A DNA stretch of 64,000 nucleotides from positions 22,552 to 86,551 of the forward strand of contig JAPOHW010000014.1 of the NCBI GenBank assembly GCA_029979265.1, written 5' to 3'. The notes below the pieces were generated by a model. It had not been told where the DNA came from, searched no databases, and saw only the letters and a list, made by a program, of their open reading frames with translations. This DNA is from Actinomycetota bacterium. GTDB taxonomy: Bacteria > Actinomycetota > Acidimicrobiia > Acidimicrobiales > Aldehydirespiratoraceae. The translations under genes were made by a program, and so were the position numbers. Within the stretch, counting starts at the first letter, position 1, and each line of letters begins with the position of its first letter. Of this stretch, positions 39,345 through 48,454 are shown piece by piece.

Positions 39345-40107
39345 TGGCAGCCTCTCGGATCTCGGTCAGCCGCTCGGTACGCAGCGGCGACTTCGTCGCT
39401 TGGACGATCAAGCTCTTGCCCAGCACCGGGTTGAGCAGCTTCTCGGCCGTGCGGGTCAGCCACGGCTGTTTCACGATGTCCCATTCGAGGAGCTTGTGGT
39501 AAGAGCGAACCGACCAGTTGTCGTCGATCTCGTTGTTGACGCCGACCGCACAGCGGATCCACCAGTACGGCGAATGCAGTGCGTGCGCCTTGTAGGAGAC
39601 GGTGGGATCGAGCCCGGCCCCCGACAGCTTCTCGCGCACCTCCGACTCGGTGTAGATCCGAACGTGACCACCGACTGCCTTGGGGGCGTGGTACTCGTCG
39701 CTGATCTTCCAGCACAGCCGCTCGGGGAGGGTCGCCGGGATGGTTGCGGCGATCGTGCCTCCGGGCTTCAGAATGCGGAAGAACTCGTCGTACGCCGCAA
39801 TGTCGTCGGGAATGTGCTCGAGGACTTCACTGGCGATGATCTTGTCGAACGTGTTGTCGGGGAACGGCAGGGACGTTCCGTCGCCCTGCACCTGCACGTG
39901 CAGCAGTTGTTCGTCGAACAGACCGTCGTCGATCAGCATCGGCGCCGTGTTCCGGATCGCCTCGAGTTCCGGCAGCGCCATGTCGCAACTCACAACATGG
40001 GCACCCCGCACCAGCGCCTCGTAGGTGTGGCGACCGAACCCGCACCCGAGGTCGAGCAGGAGGTCGCCGGCCCGCACGTCGAACTTCGTGTAGTCGACGG
40101 TCAACAT
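39331..40107 (-). CDS. class I SAM methyltransferase (putative mannose 3-O-methyltransferase)
   Basis: MLTVD, DLGCGFGRH, SEVLEH, GGHVRIY, HALHSPYWW, GKS. Confidence 0.8.
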   Translation of the reverse strand: MLTVDYTKFDVRAGDLLLDLGCGFGRHTYEALVRGAHVVSCDMALPELEAIRNTAPMLIDDGLFDEQLLHVQVQGDGTSLPFPDNTFDKIIASEVLEHIPDDIAAYDEFFRILKPGGTIAATIPATLPERLCWKISDEYHAPKAVGGHVRIYTESEVREKLSGAGLDPTVSYKAHALHSPYWWIRCAVGVNNEIDDNWSVRSYHKLLEWDIVKQPWLTRTAEKLLNPVLGKSLIVQATKSPLRTERLTEIREAANAGS

Positions 40108-41390
40108 CAGCTGTTGATCCGCTCTGCATGCTCGGTCAGTACCGCTCGGTACTGATCGACGGTCTTGATGGCGGTGTGGCGCCACGACCATTGGTGTTTC
40201 ACCCGGTCGCGACCGGCCGAACCGACCTTGGCCCGAAGCTCTGGATCGTCGAGGGCATCACGAATCGTTGCGGCCAGTGCATCGCTGTTGCCGGGTTCGG
40301 TCTGGAAGCAGGTCTCGCCGTGGTTGCCGGTGACCTCGGGAAGGGCTCCACCGGTTGTGGCCACCAGGGGCACGCCACACGACATTGCCTCGATCGCCGG
40401 CAACGAGAAGCCTTCGTAGAGCGACGGCACGCAGGCCAACTCGGCTTCGCTGTAGAGCTCGACGATGCGTTCGTCGGGTACCCCGCTGACGAAGTTGACA
40501 CAGTCGTCGAGCCCGAGGGCGGTCATGGTCTGTGACGCATGGGAGTCGGGCCGGCGCTTCCCGATGATGGTGAGCTCCATGTGGCGTTCGGTCCGGAGTT
40601 TGGCGACGGCCTCGAGCAAGAACTTGAGGCCTTTCATGGCGACATCGGCCGAGGCTGTGGTGACGATGTGGCCGGGTCGCCGTTCGACGCCGGGTACCGG
40701 CAGGAACAGGTCGGGATCGACACCGACGGGAACAACATGGATCTTGTCGAGGTCGACTCCCTTGTCCGCTGCGATGTCCTGTTTGGAATTCTCCGACACC
40801 GAGAGGATGCGGGGCATGCGCCGCGCGACCTGGGTTTGCATTTTGGTGAAGGCGTACCAGCGGCGTTTGCCGAACGCCTCCCACGGGGTCCGGGCGTGTT
40901 CGAGTTCGAGCTTGCGGTCAACGGTGATCGGGTGGTGGATCGTCTCGAGGATCGGCCAGCCCTCTCGGTGGAGCCGCAGGATGCCCCAGCCGAGGGTCTG
41001 GTTGTCTTGGATCAGGTCGAAATCGTTGCGGCGCGTGCGCAGTTCTCGCCAGGCCCGCCAGCTGAACGCCATCGGCTCGGAGAAGTTGCCGGTTGCGAAC
41101 GACAGGTGCTCGAGTGCGTCGGTCCAGTCCTTCCACTCCCACAACCGCGGCTTGCGCATCGGGTGTGGATCGGCCCAGATGTCGAGGCTGGGAAGCGGGT
41201 GAAACGGGATGCGGTCGTCGATGATGGGGTAGGGCGGCCCGCCGTACACCTCGACGTGGTGGCCGAGATCGACGAGCGCCTTGGTGAGGTGACGGCTGTA
41301 GACGCCCTGGCCGCCAACGTGCGGTTTGCCCCGGTAGGTCAGGTACGCGATCCGAAGCGGCGCGTCGGGATCGGGGGGCGTCCACGGCAT
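40107..41390 (-). CDS. glycosyltransferase family 4 (ManT-like alpha-mannosyltransferase)
   Basis: YRGKPHVGGQGVY, DNQTLG, TIHHPIT.D, SLYEGFSLPAIEAM (EX7E). Confidence 0.88.
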   Translation of the reverse strand: MPWTPPDPDAPLRIAYLTYRGKPHVGGQGVYSRHLTKALVDLGHHVEVYGGPPYPIIDDRIPFHPLPSLDIWADPHPMRKPRLWEWKDWTDALEHLSFATGNFSEPMAFSWRAWRELRTRRNDFDLIQDNQTLGWGILRLHREGWPILETIHHPITVDRKLELEHARTPWEAFGKRRWYAFTKMQTQVARRMPRILSVSENSKQDIAADKGVDLDKIHVVPVGVDPDLFLPVPGVERRPGHIVTTASADVAMKGLKFLLEAVAKLRTERHMELTIIGKRRPDSHASQTMTALGLDDCVNFVSGVPDERIVELYSEAELACVPSLYEGFSLPAIEAMSCGVPLVATTGGALPEVTGNHGETCFQTEPGNSDALAATIRDALDDPELRAKVGSAGRDRVKHQWSWRHTAIKTVDQYRAVLTEHAERINS

Positions 41391-41432
41391 AGGGCGTCAA
41401 GGCTAGGACTACCGGGGGGTAGGTTGCGACCC

Positions 41433-41870
41433 GTGAGAGCGTTGGTCCAGCGAGTACGTGAGGCATCGGTCACCGTCGACGGGGACGTCGTCGGCCGAAT
41501 CGGGCCGGGGGTCGTGGCGTTGGTCGGCGTCACCCACGACGACACCGAGACCCTTTCGCTCAAGCTGGCCGACAAGATCTGGAACCTGCGGATCTTCGAC
41601 GATGCCGATGGGGTGATGAACCGCAGCGCGGCCGACAACGGTCTCGAGGTGCTCGTGGTCAGTCAGTTCACGCTGTACGGCGACACTCGCAGGGGACGCC
41701 GCCCGGGGTACTCCGATGCCGCCCGTCCCGAGTTCGCCGAGCCGCTCGTCGAGGCGGTCGTCGATGCGTTACGGGCCCGTGGTGCCGTCGTCGAGACCGG
41801 ACGCTTCCGGACCGAGATGGCGGTCGCTCTGGTCAATGACGGACCGGTCACGCTCCTGATCGAGGTGTGA
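41433..41870 (+). CDS. dtd: D-aminoacyl-tRNA deacylase
   Basis: RALVQRV, LRIF.D, SQFTL, NDGPVT. Confidence 0.95.
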   Translation: MRALVQRVREASVTVDGDVVGRIGPGVVALVGVTHDDTETLSLKLADKIWNLRIFDDADGVMNRSAADNGLEVLVVSQFTLYGDTRRGRRPGYSDAARPEFAEPLVEAVVDALRARGAVVETGRFRTEMAVALVNDGPVTLLIEV

Positions 41871-43337
41871 GTCGGTTCGGCCCGGCCGCCAGGCCACGGC
41901 CAGCGCCAGGAACCCGAAGACGATCATGGGCCAGGCGCCCCACCGAACCGCGAGGGTCGTGCCGCTGCGCAGCTCGATCGTGTCGTACAGCACCTTCTGC
42001 TCGCTGATGCCCGTTCGTTGTTCGACGTGACCGTCGGGGTGCACGACCGCCGAGAACCCGGTTGGTGCGGCTTGGAGGACCCAGCGGTCGGTCTCGATCG
42101 CCCGGAGACGGCTCGATGCCACCTGTTGGGTCTGCACGATCGTGAGCCAGTAGCTCGATCCGTTGGTGGGATTGAGGAGTGCCTGACCGCCGTTGCCGAT
42201 CGCGTCTCGGGCGCGATGGTCGAAGAACACCTCCCAGGAGATGACGACCCCGAGTCGGCCGATGTCGGTGTCGAGCACTGCGGGTTCGGTGCCGGGCCGG
42301 ACGTCGCGAGACGGCAGTTCGTCGGAGAAGCGTTCGATCATCGAACGCAGCGGCACGAACTCGCCGAAGGGGACCAGACGCACCTTGTCGTAGCGATCGG
42401 TCACCGTGCCGTCGGGCGATTGCGCGATCGAATAGTTCGCGTTCGCACGACCGTCGTCGGTGCGTTGGAACCAGCCGCTCACGACAACGGCGTCGACGTC
42501 GGTGGCGTGCTGGGTGAGTCGTTCGGTTGCCTCGGTGATGCCGAGCAGCGGGTCGGTGCACCGGTCAGGGGTCGGCCACTCGTCGGGAGCGGGGTGGACG
42601 ACGTCCTCGGGCCAGAGCACGAGGTCGACACGACGGTCGATCGATGCACTGGCTTCCATGTGTCGCTCAAACACGGCGCGGGTCTCGCAGATGTCGGCTC
42701 GGGTGTTCTGGGGCCCGCCGCCCTGCACCACGGCAACATCGATCGTGGCAATCGTTTCCACGGCGTTGCCGGCGAGGTTGCCGCCGATCGTGCCAACGGT
42801 AAGGGCGGTGGCTACTCCCAGTGCCGGCAGCCACCGGCGTTCGAAGAGGTCGGCCACACCGACGCCGGCAAGAGCGACGAGCCCCGCCAGCAGTGGCGAG
42901 CCGAAGAGTCGGGCGCTCAGTGCCCATGGTGTGCCGACGCCGATCATCGCGTAGGTCGCAATGGGCGTGCCGCCGAACGGCTGGTTCCAGCGAAGCAACT
43001 CGATCAGAACGAGCGCCCCGACGAAGGCACACCGCTTGGGCCACCCGTCATCGGCGGGGGTGGCGGCGCCGATGACGCCGGTCAACGCCGCGAAGATGAG
43101 CACGGCGATCGGCCATCCCGGCGCAGTGAGGTCGACCATCCAGAGGGTGGCGGGCGTGGCCCATGCCAGACCGACCATGGCCGAAAGGCCGAAACGGTGA
43201 CGCGCCGACGCAACGCCGATGAGACGGAACCAGATGGCGATGCCGAGCAACGCCAGTGGTCCCCAACCCCACGGTGGAAGCCCTGCGGCGATCAGCAGAC
43301 CGGACGCAACGGCCTGGACTCGGCGACTCGTCATCAC
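41769..43337 (-). CDS. lnt: apolipoprotein N-acyltransferase homolog (Ser at catalytic Cys position)
   Basis: N-terminal TMs, VAVVQG, LWPE, YDK..LVPFGEF.P, VISWE, RAIETDR. Confidence 0.88.
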   Translation of the reverse strand: MMTSRRVQAVASGLLIAAGLPPWGWGPLALLGIAIWFRLIGVASARHRFGLSAMVGLAWATPATLWMVDLTAPGWPIAVLIFAALTGVIGAATPADDGWPKRCAFVGALVLIELLRWNQPFGGTPIATYAMIGVGTPWALSARLFGSPLLAGLVALAGVGVADLFERRWLPALGVATALTVGTIGGNLAGNAVETIATIDVAVVQGGGPQNTRADICETRAVFERHMEASASIDRRVDLVLWPEDVVHPAPDEWPTPDRCTDPLLGITEATERLTQHATDVDAVVVSGWFQRTDDGRANANYSIAQSPDGTVTDRYDKVRLVPFGEFVPLRSMIERFSDELPSRDVRPGTEPAVLDTDIGRLGVVISWEVFFDHRARDAIGNGGQALLNPTNGSSYWLTIVQTQQVASSRLRAIETDRWVLQAAPTGFSAVVHPDGHVEQRTGISEQKVLYDTIELRSGTTLAVRWGAWPMIVFGFLALAVAWRPGRTDSHLDQERDRSVIDQSDRHLGPEASGLDDGTTGP

Positions 43338-43378
43338 CTGTCGTTTCGCGGCCGATGCACAGCCGCGAGGCTAGCGAC

Positions 43379-43753
43379 CTAGACCTTCTTGCCGCAGACG
43401 GGCCATGGCTGACGACCGCGTTCGCTCCACAGCGCCCGAGTCATGGCGTCCTGCCACCAGGGTTCGACGTCGATCGGGTCGATGCCTGTGAGCCACGGAA
43501 AGTGCCGACCGGCGACGTCGTCCCAGGTGGTCTGGTCGAACTGGTAGGCGCCGCGATAGGTGCCCGACGGTGAGATTGCCCGATAGTTGTCGGTCGACTC
43601 GCACATCCGGAGCCGAAGCAGTTCGTCGGGCGACAGCACGTCGCGGGTCGGGGCGGTCGACTCGAGGTACAGCGCCATTTCCTGGGGGGTGCAGGCCGAA
43701 CCGATCAGCATGACGCCCACGGCGAACGCGGCAAGGCGGATTCGGATGCTCAT
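43379..43753 (-). CDS. resuscitation-promoting-factor-like lytic transglycosylase lipoprotein
   Basis: GAGGAGG RBS, lipobox GSAC, CESTDNY, YRGAYQFDQTTW, PWPVCG. Confidence 0.85.
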   Translation of the reverse strand: MSIRIRLAAFAVGVMLIGSACTPQEMALYLESTAPTRDVLSPDELLRLRMCESTDNYRAISPSGTYRGAYQFDQTTWDDVAGRHFPWLTGIDPIDVEPWWQDAMTRALWSERGRQPWPVCGKKV

Positions 43754-43903
43754 GAGGGGGTCCTCCTCGGGCAGGGGCCCGATCGAGCGTCTGTTCTGGC
43801 GATCCGTTCTCACGACCGCTGGTCGTGGGCAGGGGGCGGGCGAATCACCGACGCCAACAAGCGCTCGACAAGCTACATCGTGTTTGTCACACAATCGCAA
43901 CAT

Positions 43904-43919
43904 TGTGGCAGACGTCACA
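43904..43919. promoter_or_regulatory. putative CRP/GlxR site upstream of the rpf-like gene
   Basis: TGTGG-N6-TCACA versus TGTGA-N6-TCACA in a locally AT-richer stretch. Confidence 0.5.
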
Positions 43920-43995
43920 GTGACGTGACGGGCGCTGCGGGGCGAGGTCGTGGCGGTTCGAGCCGAGGAACGTCCCGGTCTGCTGGGCGATCGAC

Positions 43996-45357
43996 CTACT
44001 CGGCGCCGGCCAGACGGCCCTGCCGCACGCAGGCCGGGAGCCCGAGTCCGCGCATCTGCGCACCGGTCAACGTGACACCGGGCATGGAGACCGCCAGCGC
44101 TTCGTCGAGGGCGTCACAGCGATCGAGATGACCGGGCCGGTACTGGGGGAGCGATTGCTTCCACGGAGTCAGACGCACGATCGGTTCGCCGCGAAGGCCC
44201 ACCGTCTCGGCAAGTTCGGCACAGAGTTGGGCGACAAGCTCCTCGGAAGTCAGTTCGAGCCACCGCAGATCGTCGGTGCGACCCGCCGACACCCGCAGGA
44301 TCGCATGGGTGCCGTCGTCGTAGTGGGCCCACTTCGACGATGCCCACGAGCACGCCGTCATGAGCAGACCCTCGGTGCGCGGTGCGAGAAACCCCGAACC
44401 GTCGAGTGGGTGCTCGATGTGGGACCTGTCGATCACGAAGGTGACGAGGACTGCGTCGCCGTAGGGGAGTTCAGTGAGGGTGGTAGCAGCGTCGGGCGCA
44501 TGGGACGAGACAAGACCGGCGCTGATCCAGGCGGGGGTCGCAAGCACAACGCGGTCGGCTGGATAGCTCGCAGCTGCGGTGCGCACCGACCAACCGGTGC
44601 CGTTGCGTTCGAGTCGCACCACGGCCTCGCCGGTTCGAACCCGATCGCCGAGTTCGGTGTGGAGCGCATCGATGATGCGGCGGTTTCCGCCGGTCACGCC
44701 GTTGAACACTGGTCCGGCGGCAGCCGCCTGCGCCTCACTCACCTGTCTGCGGAGCGCGTCTCGCAGCGAGCCACCGACCCTCGCGGCAGCGGCGAGTTGA
44801 GCTGCGCCGGCATCGATCGACAACCCGTCGGCGTTGCCTGCGTTGATCCCCCCGAGCAACGGGTCGATCAGGCGTTCGAAGACCTCGTCACCGACACGGG
44901 GTCGCAAGACCTCGCCCACCGATGCGTCCTCGACGAGTGGCGCAGCGATCGTGTCGATCCGGTTCGCGAAATCCTTGACCCCCGTCTCGGACACGATGCC
45001 GCTCGCCGCGACGGCATCGACGTCGAACGGGACCCCGAGCACCGAAGGTGAGGGGATGCTTCGCAGTCCACCGTTCGCCCAGATGAACGCCTGCGCCCCG
45101 GTGGGCGACACGAGGTCGTTGCCGAGCCCAAGTTCGTGACACAGATCGACGACCTCGGGCTGGCGAGCGAGGAAACCATCGGCCGCCATGTCGACCGGGA
45201 AGGGAAGGGCGGCGCCGTCGACGAAGCCGGAGTCGATCTTGCCCCCGACGCGAGCGGTCGCTTCCAGCACCGTCACGTCCCGCCCGAGACGGGCGGCCTC
45301 GTGGGCTGCGGCAAGGCCGGAGATGCCTCCACCGACCACCACGACCCGGTCGCTCAC
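43996..45357 (-). CDS. hemY: coproporphyrinogen/protoporphyrinogen oxidase (HemY/CgoX)
   Basis: VVGGGISGL, RVGGKI, SGFL, SSKW, PQYRPGH, GLGLPACV. Confidence 0.93.
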   Translation of the reverse strand: MSDRVVVVGGGISGLAAAHEAARLGRDVTVLEATARVGGKIDSGFVDGAALPFPVDMAADGFLARQPEVVDLCHELGLGNDLVSPTGAQAFIWANGGLRSIPSPSVLGVPFDVDAVAASGIVSETGVKDFANRIDTIAAPLVEDASVGEVLRPRVGDEVFERLIDPLLGGINAGNADGLSIDAGAAQLAAAARVGGSLRDALRRQVSEAQAAAAGPVFNGVTGGNRRIIDALHTELGDRVRTGEAVVRLERNGTGWSVRTAAASYPADRVVLATPAWISAGLVSSHAPDAATTLTELPYGDAVLVTFVIDRSHIEHPLDGSGFLAPRTEGLLMTACSWASSKWAHYDDGTHAILRVSAGRTDDLRWLELTSEELVAQLCAELAETVGLRGEPIVRLTPWKQSLPQYRPGHLDRCDALDEALAVSMPGVTLTGAQMRGLGLPACVRQGRLAGAE

Positions 45358-46415
45358 GGGGTCTCGGATCCTCGATGTTCGACGGTGCCCTCCTCGTGGA
45401 CCACCCGCACGACCTCGGCAAGGACGTCGGGGTCGGTCGTCGGCATCACCCCGTGGCCGAGGTTGAACACATGACCGGGGTGCCCGGCGTTTGCTGCGAG
45501 CACGTCGCGAGCGGCGTCGCAGGCGATCTCGACGCCGGCGAAGGCAACGGTGGGGTCGAGATTGCCCTGCAGTGCTTTGCCGTCGCCGACCCGTTCACGG
45601 GCGGCCCCGAGCGGAACCCGCCAGTCGACACCGACGACGTCAGCCCCGGTTGCGGCGATCTGCGGGAGCAGCTCGCCGGTTGTCACGCCGAAATGGATGC
45701 GGGGCACACCGGTGTCGGCGATCGCGTCGAGCACCTTCTGGCTGTGCGGGAACACGTAGCGCTGGTACTGCGCCGGGCTGAGCGATCCGGCCCACGAATC
45801 GAAGAGTTGGACCGCCGAGGCACCGTTGTCGATCTGGCTGCGAAGTGAGGTGATCGCTAGGTCGGCGAGGCGGTCACACAGGGCGTGCCAGAGGCTCTCG
45901 TTCGCGAACATCATCGCCTTGGTGTTCACATAGTCGCGGCTTGGGCGACCTTCGATCAGGTAGGACGCAACGGTGAAGGGTGCCCCGGCGAACCCGATGA
46001 GCGGCCGGTCGAGTTCGGCGACGAGTTGCCGGACAGTCTCGAGCACGTACGGCGTGTCGGCTTCGGGGTCGAGTGGACGGAGACGGGTGAGGTCGTCCTC
46101 GTGGCGGAATGGTTCCTCTACCTCGGGACCGACCCCGGGGGTGACGGTGAGGCCGAATCCGATCGCATGGGCGGGAACGACGATGTCGGAGTAGAGAATT
46201 GCTGCGTCGACGTCGTAGCGGCGGATCGGTTGCAGTGTGATCTCGGTCGACAGGTCAGGGTCGGCGATCGCATCGAGAATGGTGCCGCTGCCGCGAATGG
46301 CGCGGTACTCCGGCAGCGACCGGCCGGCCTGACGCATGAACCACACCGGGACTCGGTCGTGGGGAAGTCCCCGGCAGGCCCGGATGAAGGGATGGTCGTC
46401 GAACCGCTCGTCCAC
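45354..46415 (-). CDS. hemE: uroporphyrinogen decarboxylase
   Basis: PVWFMRQAGRSLPEY, GFAGAPFT, QLFDSW, QGNLDP, FNLGHG; GTG start 7 nt after TAGCCT. Confidence 0.96.
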   Translation of the reverse strand: MDERFDDHPFIRACRGLPHDRVPVWFMRQAGRSLPEYRAIRGSGTILDAIADPDLSTEITLQPIRRYDVDAAILYSDIVVPAHAIGFGLTVTPGVGPEVEEPFRHEDDLTRLRPLDPEADTPYVLETVRQLVAELDRPLIGFAGAPFTVASYLIEGRPSRDYVNTKAMMFANESLWHALCDRLADLAITSLRSQIDNGASAVQLFDSWAGSLSPAQYQRYVFPHSQKVLDAIADTGVPRIHFGVTTGELLPQIAATGADVVGVDWRVPLGAARERVGDGKALQGNLDPTVAFAGVEIACDAARDVLAANAGHPGHVFNLGHGVMPTTDPDVLAEVVRVVHEEGTVEHRGSETP

Positions 46416-46479
46416 GACGTCGAGGCTACCGGTGCGGGGTGAATCAACGAGGAGGTGGGAGGCCCGTACGATGCGGGCC

Positions 46480-47403
46480 ATGCGGCGCATCCCCCTCGTC
46501 ACGATCGCAGTTGGGGTGATGGTGTTGGTCGGGTGTGGCACGGTGTCGGTCGAGACCACGACCGGCTCCGACGTCGGCAAGGTCGGGGTCGAGGCGGCAC
46601 CGAGCCGTGGTGCTGATGCTGCGGTCGAGACGACTGCACTGGTTTCGACTACCAGTTGGGCGCCGAATCTGCCCGAGGGGAGGGTGTCTCCCGGTGGTGA
46701 CGACGGTGAGAGCGAGCCGTCCGGCTCACCCGACGCCGTCCCGAACGACTCGACCACGACGGGTGCGCCGACGGTGTCGACGACGACCGGGGCAGCTGGG
46801 GGTCAACCAACCACGACGCAGGGCCCCACGACGACGACCACCCCGGCGACGACGGTGCCGCTCGAGTACCACGAGGTCGGTTACATCCACTTCGCATGGG
46901 CCGGGGATCTCGCCGTCTTCTTGCCCGTCGCTCGATACGAGACGGTTGGGTTCCACGAGTCGGGGCACGACGGCGCCTTTCAACTCGACGTCGTCGGAAT
47001 CACCGACTGGGTGACGCTGGCATCGCGCGGGCGGGGGACCGGGTCGCGCACAGCCGCCGACATCGTGGTGCCTCCCGACGAAGTGATCATCGCTCCCGTC
47101 ACCGGTGTGGTGATCCGGGCCGGGACCTACACGCTCTACTGCGACCACTCCGACAATTTCGTGGTGATCGAACCTGCGGGCCGCCCCGGCTGGGAACTGA
47201 AGATCTTCCACTTCGAAGGTCTGGCGGTCGGTGTGGGCGACGACGTCGTTGCCGCAAAGACGGTGATCGGCTCGTCGGGTCGGGTGCTGCCCTTCGAGTC
47301 ACAGGTCGACGAGTTCACCGCCGAGCCGTCGAACGCACACGTTCACCTCGAGGTGATCGACACATCGATTCCCGACCGCCCCAGCACCGGAGGCGGTTGC
47401 TAG
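46480..47403 (+). CDS. lipoprotein with Thr/Pro-rich linker and C-terminal M23 peptidase-like domain
   Basis: lipobox LVGC, APVTGVV, HF.GL.VGVGD.V, IGSSG, HVHLEV; TACGAT 7 nt before ATG. Confidence 0.75.
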   Translation: MRRIPLVTIAVGVMVLVGCGTVSVETTTGSDVGKVGVEAAPSRGADAAVETTALVSTTSWAPNLPEGRVSPGGDDGESEPSGSPDAVPNDSTTTGAPTVSTTTGAAGGQPTTTQGPTTTTTPATTVPLEYHEVGYIHFAWAGDLAVFLPVARYETVGFHESGHDGAFQLDVVGITDWVTLASRGRGTGSRTAADIVVPPDEVIIAPVTGVVIRAGTYTLYCDHSDNFVVIEPAGRPGWELKIFHFEGLAVGVGDDVVAAKTVIGSSGRVLPFESQVDEFTAEPSNAHVHLEVIDTSIPDRPSTGGGC

Positions 47404-47407
47404 CGGC

Positions 47408-48355
47408 TCAGTTGGCGGCGGTGCCGAGGATCGCCCGGATGCCGTCGCCGTCTCGACCGGCGAGCACTCGCTCGGTGGCGGCGCGCCCCGCTTGGCAGGC
47501 CCGACGACGCAGCGTGTCATCGGTTCGCGACAGTTCGGCCAGCTCGGGTTCGGCCGGCTCGATGACCACGACCGCCGTGCCTCTGCTTCGGATCTCGGCG
47601 ACTTCACTGTCGAGTTTGTTGCTGAACCACCAACGTTCGGTATCGCCGGTCCAGCTGCGAGTGTCCGGGGTTGCCGTCTTGACCGACGAGATGATCACGA
47701 GGTCGAACCCGAGCGTGGCGACCAGATCGGCGTTGGTCGACGAGTGGACGGCACCGTCGATGTACTCCCGGCTGCCGATCGTGGTTGGTGTGTAGATCGC
47801 TGGGATGGCCGATGACGCCTGCGACGCCTGACCCGGCGTCCCACGAACGTCGTCTCGCCCGAAAACGATCCGCTTCCCGTCGTTCGTGCGTACGGCGACG
47901 ATCCACAGGGGTTGCGACGGCCAGCCGTCGGGAAGGAGTTCGTCGATGCGGGTGGCGATCGCCTCGCCACTGCGGGTGCCGTTGGGGAGCAGTCCGAACG
48001 CAACCCGAACGGGATCGATGCTCCACGGGGGCCACGCAGCGCGCAGCGCCATCTTCGGCGACGACGGCACGGGCGCTCGGTCGGTAACCGGCTCGTCGTA
48101 GGGCGTCACGATCCGGCTCGTGATCGCCTGACCGTCGGGTGTGAGTTCGCGACCCAGATGCCGGTTCTCGACGTCACCCGGGCCAAGCCCGGCGCGCAGC
48201 GCCGTCGAGGTGAACGATCCGGCGGAGGTGCCCACCAGCAATTCGGCCGTGCGGGCGTCGAAACCGGTGTGCTCGGCGAGCGCGCCAACCACGCCGCTGT
48301 GCCAGGGGTCGCCCTTCGGGCCACCAGCACTGAAAACGACACCGACCGAGACCAT
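47408..48355 (-). CDS. patatin-like phospholipase
   Basis: GTSAG nucleophile, ASSAIP, YIDGA; ATG 6 nt after TACCCT. Confidence 0.85.
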   Translation of the reverse strand: MVSVGVVFSAGGPKGDPWHSGVVGALAEHTGFDARTAELLVGTSAGSFTSTALRAGLGPGDVENRHLGRELTPDGQAITSRIVTPYDEPVTDRAPVPSSPKMALRAAWPPWSIDPVRVAFGLLPNGTRSGEAIATRIDELLPDGWPSQPLWIVAVRTNDGKRIVFGRDDVRGTPGQASQASSAIPAIYTPTTIGSREYIDGAVHSSTNADLVATLGFDLVIISSVKTATPDTRSWTGDTERWWFSNKLDSEVAEIRSRGTAVVVIEPAEPELAELSRTDDTLRRRACQAGRAATERVLAGRDGDGIRAILGTAAN

Positions 48356-48454
48356 GCAGGCAGGGTACCGAGCCGATCCGGCGAGGCGTTTCGTCCAGTC
48401 CGGATCGAGTCCAGATCTCGCTAGGCTCTTCTGCTCCCCTTCTGAGGAAAGTCC

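Noticed and set aside
46740-46860. ACG/ACC-rich low-complexity runs
   Set aside because: They encode the Thr/Pro linker of a lipoprotein and are not an independent repeat element
48374-48407. Inverted repeat CGATCCGG...CCGGATCG upstream of the HelD-like gene as a rifamycin-associated element (HelR)
   Set aside because: I could not match it to the RAE; an 8-bp GC-rich dyad with an 18-nt spacer can arise by chance
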